Assembly (NCBI RefSeq): GCF_902459465.1
Contig: NC_047081.1
Coordinates: 806,001-870,000, forward strand
Length of the DNA: 64,000 bases
Direction: 5' to 3'
Source: Asterias rubens
Taxonomy: Eukaryota
Shown here: piece by piece, positions 15,148-27,419 of the stretch
Position numbering within the stretch: the stretch's first letter is position 1
How the letters are laid out: each line of letters starts with the position of its first letter
The notes under the pieces: model-generated
What the model saw: only the letters and a program-made list of their open reading frames with translations
Database searches by the model: none
Told to the model about the DNA's origin: nothing
Position numbers and translations under genes: made by a program

Positions 15148-18051
15148 ATGACAATACTCTATGGTTGTGTTGCCAGGGGTAACACTGTTCTTGTTGAACA
15201 CTCATCGAGTTACGAGCACAACTTTGCAACGGTCACTAAGTCCATGCTACAAAACATCTCTACGAGAGATTCTAAGTCTGTCTACACGTCAGATCAGTAA
15301 GTGTTTATGAACTCGTACTTTAAATTGTCGGGGCTGAGCGGTCTAGTTCTCCGGACCCAAGCTCTGTGTGTTGTCAGCAACAGAGTGTGGGTTCAAATCC
15401 CAGTCATGACACTTTTGTCCTTGAGCGAGACACTTTCAAACCATAAATGCTTTATACAAAAAGTTGGGAATGCTGTGCATTCTGCTCTACCAGTCGGGCT
15501 CCTAGTGTATGAAACCCTAGCCTACATCCTTACAGACTGTGAAGGGGGTAACCTGGTTTCAACCCTAGAAGTAGGTGGCAACGTGTCCCTGGTGGTAGTA
15601 GCCCTCTCCTAGTGCATTCTGCTCTACCAGTCGGGCTCCTAGTGGATGATACCCAAGCCTACATCCTTACAGACTGTGAAGGGGGCAACACTGTTTATGC
15701 CCCAAGAGTAAGTGGCAACGTGCCCCTGGTGGCAGTTGATCTGGGTTGACAAACCAAATCAGTGAAATTTAGCCCTCACCATAAAATGGATACAAGGCCT
15801 TGTGAGTCTGGTAGATGATGATACCTCATAAAAAAAATAGTTTTAAATAAAAAACAAATTTCAATTTATACCCCCTCCCCCCCAATCCTCAGGTACATGT
15901 TCCCGGTCATAGTGCAAGATGGTATCACATATTTGTGCGCAACGACAACAGATTTCAGCAAGCAGAAGTCACATTCATACTTGAACGAGATCATCCGACG
16001 TGTCGCGTCAACCAGTCTCAGTCAACGTGTCCAGCACGCCGGAGAGTATGAGCTGGATAGAGATTTCAGTAACGTCCTCAGTCAAGAAATGGTAAGGTCA
16101 AGTTTCAAATATCTAAGATAAGATAAGATAAGATAAGAACTTTATCTAGAGGACCATTCAGAATAGTCACACAAAAATATTTATAGTATGGCAGACCAGG
16201 GGTCGATTTCACAAAGAGTTGGGACTAGTCCTAACATATGGACTAGTCCTAGGAGATATTAAAAACTAAAGGCTAGTCCTATGTTAGGATGAGTAGCTCG
16301 TCCTAACTCGAGATAAGACTAGTCTTAACTCTTTGTGAAACCCACTCCTGGGCTTAAGGATTTTGTAAAGTGCCCCTTTCCAGAGGAAAATTGCTGCGCC
16401 TCTTCAAGATCAAAGTTAAAGGCCTTCTTCAAGATCAAAGTTACAGGCCTGCTTGCATCCACCCAAACTGAACAAAGCACTCTTATAATAGTAAGTCAAG
16501 CATACCTCAAAAAGGCTAAAGGTTTCTGGGCTCTGTGTTATTCCAGACCTGCCGTCAATTTCACAAACTCTTCCTAACTTAGGATTAATCTTATGACTTA
16601 GGACGAGTCCCAACCCCGCACTGTAGCATGCAGATCTTAAGGTTAATCCAAAGTTAGGACGAGTTACTCGTCCTAACTCGAGATAAGACGAGTCCTAACT
16701 CTTCGTGAAATTGATGGCTGGGTCCTAATTTCATAGTGAGCAAATATCTAATCGACGCTTCCAGAAGTAGGGAATCCCGCGCTTATGTAAAGCATATTTC
16801 ACGAGAATTGTAGCATGTGCGCATGCGTATTTCATGTTATTACGCATTCTTTGCTTTAATACACAGCTCACACAGAAATTTGCTCTCGGAAATTTGCTGA
16901 GGAAGTTGATTGCAAGCGCAGAATCAAACAGTAACCAGAACCATGAAATTTGGCTCTGGTGTTTCTCATTCGAAAGTAACTATCGTTTGCTGATTTACAT
17001 TCTTTCGTTTTTTTAGGATCACTACAGCCACATGAAGGAGAGCAACAGTAAAGTCAGTGCCCTTCAGAACCAGGTGGATGAAGTCAAAGATATCATGATT
17101 CAAAACATTGATAACGTACTGAGTAGAGGCGAGAAACTAGACGACCTCATGCAGAAGACAGAGGACTTGGAAGCCAGCGTAAGTCTAATTTTTCTCTTGT
17201 CAGGTTAAGGTTATTGGGTGTTGGACATAGGGGTGTTGAAACATAGGGGTGTCGGAACATAGGGGTGTCGGAACATTAATTTGCCAGAACATAGGGGTGT
17301 CGGAACATAGGGGTGTCGGAACATAAGGGTGTCGGAACATAGGGGTGTCGGAACATAGGGGTGTCGGAACATTAATTTGCCAGAACATAGGGGTGTCGGA
17401 ACATAGGGTTGTCGGAACATAGGGTTGTCGGAACATAAGGGTGTCGGAACATAGGGGTGTCGGAACATAGGGGTGTCGGAACATTAATTTGCCAGAACAT
17501 AGGGGTGTTGGAACATAGGGGTGTCGGAACATAAGGGTGTCGGAACATAGGGGTGTCGGAACATAAGGGCGTCGGAACATTAATTTGCCAGAACATAGGG
17601 GTGTCGGAACATAGGGGTGTCGGAACATAGGGGTGTCGAAACATAAGGGTGTCGGAACATAGGTTTGCCAGAACATAGGGGTGTCGGAACATAGGGGTGT
17701 CGGAACATAGGTTTGCCGGAACATAGGGGTGTCGGAACATAGGGGTGTCGGAACATAGGGTTATCGGAATATAGGGGTGTCGAAACATAAGGGTGTCAGC
17801 ACAAAGTGTTCATGGAGTATAGGGGTGTTGGTACATAGGGTGACAAACATACAGCGGTCATTGTGGCAATAGATTAACGGCCATCTTTCGTTTTGCTTTG
17901 ACAGGCTCAGTCATTTCAGAAAAGTGCCAGGAGGGTGAGCAATAAATACAAGTGGATGAATCGACGGAACTTGCTCATCATGATTATTGTGATTACCATC
18001 GTCTTAGCCATTCTTATTGTCATCATCTTGAAGATTGCCGGAGTCTTCTAA
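15148..18051 (+). CDS. Longin-domain R-SNARE (VAMP7-like / VAMP8-related), 218 aa, C-terminal TM helix
   Basis: Coding exons 15148-15296, 15893-16091, 17017-17178, 17905-18051 (TAA). N-terminal longin (MTILYGCVARGNTVLVEH...), SNARE motif QNQVDEVKDIMIQNIDNVLSRGEKLDDLMQKTEDLEAS with zero-layer Arg, TM LLIMIIVITIVLAILIVIILKIAGVF. Probable 5' UTR exon ends at donor 13819. Confidence 0.92.
15330..15735 (+). mobile_element. tRNA-derived SINE followed by a 137-bp tandem duplication
   Basis: SINE head at ~15330-15450; gtgcattctgctctaccagtcgggctcctagtg repeats at 15475 and 15612. Confidence 0.7.
16199..16718. mobile_element. Two related MITEs (ATTTCACAAA...GTGAAA termini, Harbinger-like)
   Basis: gggtcgatttcacaaagagtt/aactctttgtgaaacccactc at ~16199-16348 and gccgtcaatttcac/gtgaaattgatggc at ~16551-16718; both share internal taggacgagt/cctaactcgagataagac repeats. 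Confidence 0.7.
17223..17842. repeat. 16-bp minisatellite (GGAACATAGGGGTGTC)n, about 39 units
   Basis: Direct reading; variant units gaacattaatttgcca/gaacataggtttgcca are spaced at exact multiples of 16. Lies in the last VAMP intron. Confidence 0.95.
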
Positions 18052-20217
18052 ACACATGTACTGTAAGTTGTGACACTCAGCACTAAGACCATACTGTTAT
18101 AGTTATTGGTCAGTTCACATTGTCTAAAAACCTGCAGTATGGTGCGAAATCATTGTTAAAATTGTGGGTTTTTGTTGTTGTATGAAGTTTTAAAATAAAA
18201 TCATCCATTAAGCTTTACATTTGGATGCTATGAAATTTTTGCCAAACTAAGTGCTAAAAAAATTACAACAATTCAAAAGTGACACTGCTTTTTTTAAAAT
18301 ATATTTGTGATAATCTAAAATAAGCTTTTTCATGATCGTTTTGGGGGAGTCCCTTCCATGAACAATAATGTCACATTGCCTTTGCGTCGTAACGTTTTGA
18401 TACATGTAGCTGTCCATACCAAGCAGTGGGTTCTGGTCATTTTTTGAGCTTCAAAATCATTAGCATTTTTTCTCTACTCAAATATTGCATAATCACCTTG
18501 ATAATACCAAGTGCATTTCAGATCAAGTGCCGTTGAAAAGTGAATTCACTTTCTTAACCCCCTCCGATCCAAAATACTCTCTTCACAGATGATTCAATTA
18601 AGTAGCTGAAAAAAAGACTGCTTATCCTACCATGTTGTTCTTGATCTAAGTTCATTTGATGATTGTCTAAAACCCAATTGTAAATGTGACCTAAGTCTGC
18701 CCATCCCCCCCTCCCCCCCCCAGTTACATGTACATCTCAGATGGTTTTAAATGGGTTTTTTTGTTGGTCGTACCTTTTACTGTTACTATCAAATATAGAT
18801 CTTGAACAACAAGTGTATGGATGATACCAGTGCTGTATTATGTCACAAAATTACATTGTATATTTCTTTGGTTTTGGGAAAGTGTTTCTAAAGATCTTTC
18901 AGCAAATTGAATGCTCTGAAATTGGACAAGTGACTTAAAAAAATAATGGTTTTCAAGCATAAGTGAAGCTCATTTGTAATAAATATTGACATGTGCATTA
19001 AAGTTGGTCGATCCAAAATATAATATTATATATTTTTTCATAATTAAATTGTTTTAAATTATTATTATTGTTATTGTATATCAATTAACTGGAATGTTAT
19101 TTGAAATTATTGAATTTTAAAGTAATTACTAAATCCGAAATGATGACTTTCTTTTAATATGGTTTAGTACATGTATCTTGATGAACACAAGTTAACAACA
19201 ATTGTAAATTTAATTGTGTTATTTAAAACAAATACTACTAGACTTTTGTGAATGTGTGAGAGAGAGAAAATACCCTTTCGCAGTTGATTTATTTTTTATT
19301 AAATATTATCTCTTAAGATTTATTGTAAATGTATAACAATTATGTAGATATATGATTCTTTCAGACTGTGTAAAACATTCCGTACTTTGCATCTGCTAAC
19401 AAAAATGACTAAAATACAACACCTAGGAAGTTACATTGGAGAAAATGTTGTTTTATTTTGTTCTCATATTGCGGTCTAACAAGACATTCATTTAGAAGAT
19501 GGTGGGGGGTGGGGGGGGGGTACTGCCCTGCCCCTTTCCTGGCTATACCCCTGTTCCCATGAGATAATGTTCTCATTCCTATGATGTCATTGTTTGTTCC
19601 AACAATATGAAATAAATAAATCCTACAATATATTAGTTATTTCCAATGAGATATAAGTTGTCCTGGTCATTCTTCAACAAAAACAGTCTTTTTCATTTGC
19701 AGTGAAGTACACCCTATATCCTGGATAAAGTTAAATAAAAATTTCATAAAAAAGCTTAACTTGTCTCTTTGACCGATCTATTCAACATTTTTTTTTAAAC
19801 TGGACCTACCCCCTTTGTGTTTTATTAAAACCAGATTTGATAAAGTGATGGACTTCCTTGTACCTCCTTATATATATTTTTAAATTTTTCACCCCAAATT
19901 TGATCAAAATGATGGACCTTGGTCAACCATAGTTTTCCAACTCTGGTTTGTTAGTCGTGTTAGTATGTGCTGTCAATGTAGTAGGCCTTTCAGAGCAGTA
20001 ATTAAATTGCTCTTTCTGTGGCTGGAAGTAAAAGCTAACCAAACAAAAACTTGTTTGTTGCGCCCCGTCTATGCTACCTTGGTGGCAAGGAGGGATTCGA
20101 ACCTGCACCACCAAAATGACTGGTGCATAGTTGTGGACAAATTTGTTCAAACTTATTTATTCTTATATTACCAGTCATTTTAATAACTGCTCTGAAAAGC
20201 CTACTACAACACTACTT

Positions 20218-20560
20218 AAAGGGAAGGTACACCTTTGGTAATTACTCAAAACAAATAACAAATATTAACTTAAAAACTTACTTGGTAACGAGCATTGGCG
20301 AGCTGTTGATAGTATAAAACATTGTGGGAAACAACTCCCTCTGAAGTAACATAGTTTTTGAGAAAGAGGTAATTTCTCACTAAAATAACAAAAGACTTCT
20401 AGCTAGAAGTCTTTTATTCTTATCTGAAACGGGTGGGTTTTTTTTCATCATTTTCTCGCAACTTTGATGACCGATTGAGCCCAAATTTTCACAGGCTTGT
20501 TATTTTATGCTTATGATGGGATACACTAAGTGAGAAGACTGGTCTTTGACAGTTCCCAAA
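20218..20560. mobile_element. Non-autonomous DNA transposon (TTAA-flanked, Kolobok-like family)
   Basis: Starts ttaaagggaaggtacacctttggta. Shares gaccgattgagcc(c/t)aaattttcacagg(c/t)ttgttatttt with 32780-32820 and gactggtctttgaca with 35692-35720 (inverted). Confidence 0.5.
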
Positions 20561-22514
20561 CGTGTTTTAAAACAGAATAATGTGGGGCAAACTTAATGTA
20601 GGAAATCATGGCTGGTACAGAACTACCCTCAAATTATCAAAGGAAACTTACATGAAATCACAGCTAGCATGCAGCGCACCAATGCAATTACATGTACTTT
20701 CATCAACCCAGTATGCCAAGCCTCAGCTCTCCACACACAAGATGTTGCCTGGTCGCACCCAAAAGCCAACTAAAAACCAGTCTAGCATTCCCTGAACGGG
20801 GCTGTGAAATAAGGACTAAAGGAATGTCATTCATGAAAAAGAATGCTGTTCTAAATGGTCATTACACATGTCAATGATGTACTGAACAAAAAGAACTGGT
20901 TCAGCGGGTTTTACAGGTGGTGCATCCATGTGAAGTTTGATAAAGGAACACAAATTGAAAAGTGACAAGCTGTCAATCTCAACAGTGGGGGGGGGGGGGC
21001 ACAAAACTATCGAATACAGAAAACACACCTGATTATTGAATAAATCATAAATTCATTAAAACAAATTGAAATAATAAATTGTGAAACTTTAGGGGGTAAA
21101 ATCCTGTATTATTTATTGATTCGCTATCATTTTATTTAAGTTCTTCACACAGGTTAAAAAACTTTGGACAATAACAAAATTCCATCAATTAATCTTGAAC
21201 ATTTTTAAAGTCTTAAAACCTACCAGATGGGGATTGATCCCTTCAAAAAATTGCACCTGAAGAGGAACCAAGCTTTTATGTTTCTGGAGGTAAAGGTTTA
21301 CGACACCTCCCCAGACAGACAATTAGAGCAAAAATTCATTCAAACTAGGGCTCGAACAGGGTTACCCCCTTCATCAAGGATAGTCTCCTCTGTACAGAAG
21401 TACAAGAGGAGAGATATATTATAAACTCCAATTCACGTAAAAATTATGGACATCATGTCTTTGCCTTATTCAAACCAAATATTATTATTATGATTATTAT
21501 TATTACTCCTGGGGCAGGAACAGGGTAATACCCTCTTCAAGCTTGTCTCCTCTTAGTACAGAAGTACTGACCTCTGCTAAAATCCTATAATGAATTCCTG
21601 AGATTCGAAGCACACAATGAATGGGCAATAGAGGGGGTACTACCACGCCCTTATACCAAGCACCCAGACAATAGAGGGGGTACCACCACACCCTATACCA
21701 AGCACCCAGACAAAATTGTTGTCAGAATTGTTTTTTTTTATAAGGATATTGCAGTCACAATAAAACACAGACTAAACAAAAACCATTCTAACAAATGCAC
21801 CAGCTAGGTTTGTTTGTTCTCTTTCGTGACAATCTGGAATGTCTTTATCGTGAATCGGCCGGACCTTTGCCATAAGTCATTCTGGAAACTGGGACTTGCC
21901 TCCCATATGCTGAATAAAACAATGGTGGCAGCCTATTGAGCCTATGGATCTCTCATGATCCTTACTAAAAAGTATGATGAACTGGAATACAGGAGTACAC
22001 AGTAACCATTAAATGGAGATTTTGAGCAAGAATTCCAGTACCCTTTGTCTCTCTTTGAAAGAAGGAAACAAAGCATTGCACAGTTTTAAACTCCCATACT
22101 CTCCTATCAGTGGTCTATGGTTCCACCCCTTACAATGCATGGTCGCCATAGCATCTTTACCATGCAACATTCTGGCAATTGGTTCATGGTTGTACCCCTT
22201 CCATAGCATCTTAATGCGCTTCTTTCACAGTTAGACAAGTACTCAGTTCACTTAGTTCATATTCTTAGTGGCTAGTCAAGCTCTGACCTTTGGTCTGTGG
22301 TTCTACTCCAACCATAGCATGAAATCCTTGCCATCCGCCTCTCTCATCATCGGTTCAAGGTTCGATGTCTCCACAGAATCCTTGCAAAGTTTCTGGAGCT
22401 CCTACTCTCAGTGAACCCCAAATCATTGGTCCATGGTTCAACGCCTGGTAAAGCCGAACTCTGACAAACTGTGTGCATTTCATCTCAGTGGTCCGAGGTT
22501 CAACTCCTGATTCA

Positions 22515-25500
22515 TTATGACTCTGTGGGCTCCTTATACACTTTACTGAGTTCATCCACCATTGCTTCCAAGTGCGGGTTCTTACCCAACTTTGATATCT
22601 CGTCCAAAACTCTGCAGGACAAAAATGAAGAAATTTAGTTAGAAGCGTTTCAGTTGAGGGTGACATTTTGTTATCAAACGCCAACCTGCATTATTATATC
22701 ATATGATGAGAATGCATCCGCACAATACACACGTGTCCAAAAATAGTTCTCTGGTGTGTGCAGTAACTGGGTGAGAGATCATAATTCCATGTACAACCGG
22801 AGGCCTGCTATTATCATGACAACACAGCCCCTTTAAATAAAAATGAGGTTTGTTCAAAACTCAGTCAATACTCACTTCTTCTCTAAATCGGCAAGAACTC
22901 GCTTGGTGTATTCAAACGATCCAATCTGTTCAAGAGATAAGAAAAATCAGAATTTTAATTAGAGTGATAGCGACATTTGTGTTTTATTATACGGAAAACT
23001 TATTTAAGAACTTAGTCAAGAATTACCCACACATAATGTAAAATCATTTTGATCAATGTATTTTTGGTGTGTCGTGGCCGATTGGTCTAGCTCACCAGAC
23101 CCAAGCTCTAGTGTTGTTAGCAGCAAAGTGTGGGTTCGAATCCCTGTCATGACACTTGTGCCCTTGAAAAATCCGCAGGTAGGTCAAGTGGGATTCAAAC
23201 CCACAACCTTTGTCCTGCCACAGCAGATGTCTTACCTACTAGCCCCGTGGCTAGAGGCAGCTTAAGACCTATGTTTTAGCAGTGGTACTGCAACACTTGA
23301 ATAGTTGTTATTTTTGCATCGTGGATTTTTTTCACAGAACTCAGGAAAGTACTACTTATACAGTCCTTAATACACCTAAGTGTAAGGGTCAAAATAAATT
23401 ATACAAATACTATTCTTTGTCTTGACTAGTCATTCACCTTTTCTAAGTAATCCACACAGTACTTCTTAATTTCGTTGTTGGTCGTCCGCTTCCTTAGAAT
23501 GTTCATGACCTGATTGTCATCCGGCTTACTCAGCACCGCGTGGATGATCGGAAACGAGAACTTTCCTTCCGTCAAGTCTTCACAGTAGCTTTTGTTCTCC
23601 GTGTACTCCTTAGACTGTAGATTGGCAAGATCGTCGCGGATTTGGAAGTACAGACCGAGCAAGTCACTCAGCGGGGTGAAGTTGCTGGAAGTGAGAAGGG
23701 AGGGAATGGAAATTCATGTTAGGAAGGGCCGATTCAGAACAACCACAGTTAATAAGTGAGATTTATTACATGGTGTCTCCGCAAATCTCACTTGATTTGA
23801 TTTATACAGAACCTTGTCATTTCAAACATTTTGAGTCTTACCTTTTGTTTTCGCTAAATAGTTGCATAAGTCTGACTGCTAATCCGAACAAGCCTCCAGT
23901 TTCTGCAAAAATAAAAACAACAAAACCCACAAAACTTGATCTTTAAAAGAGTACAATAGCGGTTTTTGTAAAAGTTAGTATATATTTTAAACTTTCTTGA
24001 GATGGCCTGGATGTGTGCTGAGCAAACGTTAAGGTTTGGTCAATTCCTGGTGCAGACATTCCACATTATCTCAACACAGAACAAATAATCTATTCACTAG
24101 AACGTCTGTTGTCTTTAGATATTCCTAAAAAGTGTGGCAACGATATTCTTCAAACTAACTTACTCTTTAGGACCATTTCCTTGTACTCTTCTTCAGTCGG
24201 ACACACAAACGTATCTCTCCACCATATATCCATGCCCTGACCTTGATGTAACAAAATTAACTGCTCTGAAAAATCAACGAGAGAAAACTAACAGTCAATA
24301 TTTTAATAGGTAATGAATAGTTCTTATTTAACGCAATTTTACATTAACGAATCAATGCGCTTTACATTGGTTCCCTGGTCATTGGGCAATCAACATTCAT
24401 TCAATCTTTCTCAGCTCCCTGGGAGTATACAGCCCCAGGCTGCCTCGGTGCCCCGAAGGCTTTTTCAAATACAATATCAACCTCTACCCTCGCAGGTACC
24501 CATTTATACCCCTGGGTGAAGAGAAGCAATTACGCACAATATCTTGCTCAAGGACACAAGTGTCAAGACCACCAGGATTCCAACCAAAAGGGAGTATGAG
24601 TGCAGTCAACTAACATCAGACCTATGGTAAAGAGAATTGTTAAATGGACGTTGTTTCCTTACCCATAAATATTCTAGTCGCTTCTGAGTGCTGTAATTCA
24701 GTCGTCTTCTGTAGACCAAGGAAGTACACATAATTTGCTGCATTAATGGTTTGTGCCATGCCAAATATACTATGAGCTACCGGAATGCCTCGACGGAGAT
24801 AGGAGTTGTCTTCAATATCATCAATTCTGGAGATAAGAATGGATATTATAAACTAGAACATCAATGCCAAGCCATACAACACTTATTATTATTACTTTGT
24901 ACATATCTCTGTAAATAGGTCATTTCATGAATAGTACTTTAGAGAACCATTAAATTGGTATGGGTACCATCCAGGTAGTACTTGAGTAGGACTCTGAATC
25001 CGTTCCAAACGGTACTAGAGTAGTAATTGGGTAATAGTGTGAGTAAACTCCAATTGGTACTACGTATTACTACAACACAGATTATAATTGTTACTGTCAC
25101 ACAAGGCAATTTTCACAGGCAACTTGAAGACAGTCGGTAGCACAAAAGCCATTTTTATCTGCTAGCGACTTCCTACTCAGAAGACACTATAAAAAAAAGT
25201 GACACTGCCAAGAATTGGTTATCCTGTTAATTGCCTCGTGCGACGCGGCCCTAACCGAGTTTAACTTACAATAAGCTTGCATTGTGGAGCATTTGAGTAA
25301 TCTCGCTGACTTTCTCAAGCTTCTCCGTCGGAATCTTTAACCAATAATTGAAAGCCTGGAAAACAATAAAAACAATAAAAACAAAAGTTATGTCATTTCA
25401 AACAAAAGCAAAAAATTGTTAATGGCCTGACGCAGAGTCTTTCTCGAAGGCTAAATGACAACACAACAAACATGAACAGGTAACTAAGTGAAACATAAGC

Positions 25501-26077
25501 AGTGAAGTGGAAATACATTAATGGGGTTAGAAAGCATACAGAAAAAAGCATGGGGTAAACAATGAATAGGGGGACAAAAAGGGGGGGGTGAAGGGAAGAG
25601 ACTGGCTTGACCACAAGCTAGAAGATGGAAACACAAAGGACAACATCAATGCTTTGTTTTTATTATTTGATCGATATCCTGTTATGATCAAAACATTGGT
25701 TGGTTGTCTTGTGAATCACACTAATAGTAGGAGGGTTGACAAGTTCATCCTCTAGGATTTGTCAGCAAAACTTGTTTTTTCGAAGACAAAGTGATCTTAC
25801 CTTAGTTAATTTAACTCTGATCTCTTTACCAGGAACTTGAAGGATGTATGTATAGGGTTCTAGTAAAATCTGAAAAACAAAACAAATATGACAGTTTGGC
25901 AAGAAAGCATTACAACATTGACTCTTAAGTTTGCCTTGGGTCGTGCTAGTACTAAATAGTACAACCTTAAAAGCCATACATAAGCAAAAAAAAGTGCAGA
26001 GTCCCAGTTCCTGGGTCTGGGTTTGGACCTACCCTGTCCTGGCATTTCTCCCTCTCGTCTTTAGCCATGCTCATCAT
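22515..26077 (-). CDS. GGPS1: Geranylgeranyl diphosphate synthase, 306 aa
   Basis: Coding exons (minus) 26033-26077, 25801-25869, 25270-25355, 24663-24826, 24164-24265, 23842-23902, 23438-23684, 22876-22925, 22515-22611; 921 nt in total. Motifs [21 protein letters not shown] (FARM), [24 protein letters not shown] (SARM), [11 protein letters not shown]. The start could be the Met at 26074 or 26068. Confidence 0.95.
23068..23260. mobile_element. Two tRNA-derived SINE heads tail-to-tail
   Basis: Plus copy at ~23068-23165 (gtggccgattggtctagctc...gggttcgaatccc); minus copy of a second family at ~23180-23260. Confidence 0.7.
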
Positions 26078-26881
26078 CTTCTTATAAGAGCGGAAAGTAA
26101 ACGACTCGTTGGTGAGTGGAGATTCCGTCAGGAGAAATTCTTGTCGTTGGAAAAGTTGCTAAGATGTGGTTCTAAAGACGAGTCAGGCTCTCTTGTCATC
26201 TCATTGAATATCCTACAAAGCAAATAAACAGACAATTATTGACAATATTAATTTAATTTTAATTAAGGCTAAGGTTCGGAAGAATTAAAATTTTTGAAAG
26301 ATTTCTGTGTCTTGCCACCACTTTGTAACTACTATTATAAACTTTCACCAAAAGGATTATCTTATTTATAATTGAGATAAATTTAATACTCATTTATTTC
26401 ATAATCATAACAAATGAAAAGGTGGTGGCAGTAGGATAAGGGAAATTTTTAAAAATATTTGAAAATGAAATAATTAACTTGTTTATAAATAAGTTTAAAA
26501 TTTAATAAATATTACTTTTTTAATTTTATTTTATTAATTATGTATTTTTATTAAAAATTTAAACATCCAAAACACCCATGACAAGCAAGAGAGCCAACTG
26601 CTAATATTATGACTAGAGTATAGTAAGTGGACATCTGGTTTAAAACGCCGGAAATCGCCTTTAATTTTGTATCGGTATGGTTACAACAAAATGGGGAGGT
26701 TTCAGCTTGGCCACGCCCACAGTGGGTAAGCATGTTCACTGCAAAAAGAAAACAAAGCAAAAAGGCTAAGTCATGAATGAAGAACTAGAAGTCATGAAAT
26801 TTAGTCGACATTACCATCATCACAGTGACCAAGTTCCTTTTATATAATTCGTGTAGAAGTTGGGACATTTTAACAACTTAC

Positions 26882-27419
26882 CTCAATAAAACTTGCAACT
26901 GGACTAACCGATAAATTTGGGAAATACTGAAAAAGATGCAACATGCAATTGCAAGGTGTGTACGAAGTGTGTACTACCCAAGTTCCTTGAATGAAGTAAT
27001 GTCACGTGACAATATTGACAAGTAACTGGCGAAAAGCAACCACTTGAGGTCGCTGTTTACAATTTTAGTTTTCCAGTTTCTGCGATGATCTTTTAACTTT
27101 TAAGACTTGCTGCTGTCAATTTACCAATACTTTTTATTCATAAAAACATAAGTTGCAAAAACCAAGCTATATCGCTAGATAGATTGCCAATAGGGATTAT
27201 TTTCTGTGGATGCTGAAGAGTGCCATTTTGAGAGTGGTTTTTTTGAGAGCGTGTTTGTGATTGCATTTTCTTTACCGGCCGGTTGTTTCGGTTTGGCAGT
27301 GGCCCAGTGGCAGTGCATGAGTGCAGTGCCGTGGACGCAGGGTGCGAGTGGCGGGTGACAAGCCTACGACGACGCGAGGCCTAGAGACAGTTTTGTAATT
27401 CAAGATTTACGAATCTTTG
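26882..27419. promoter_or_regulatory. Bidirectional promoter/5' UTR region of GGPS1 and FBXL15
   Basis: Minus-strand gtaagt donor at about 26877-26882 (probable GGPS1 non-coding exon 1) lies about 540 bp from the FBXL15 ATG at 27420. Confidence 0.6.

Noticed and set aside
17200-17788. ORFs of 85-174 aa with repeated MFRHPYVPTPLCSDTP
   Set aside because: Translation artefact of the 16-bp minisatellite (3 units = 16 codons), antisense within a VAMP intron.
21330-21395. EGGNP-coding stretch as an alternative last GGPS1 exon
   Set aside because: Wrong phase for the upstream phase-2 donor; the exon at 22515-22611 completes the protein.
22009-22234. WNHRPL integrase-like motif downstream of the GGPS1 stop
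   Set aside because: Falls in a short local duplication in the presumed 3' UTR with no other transposase features.
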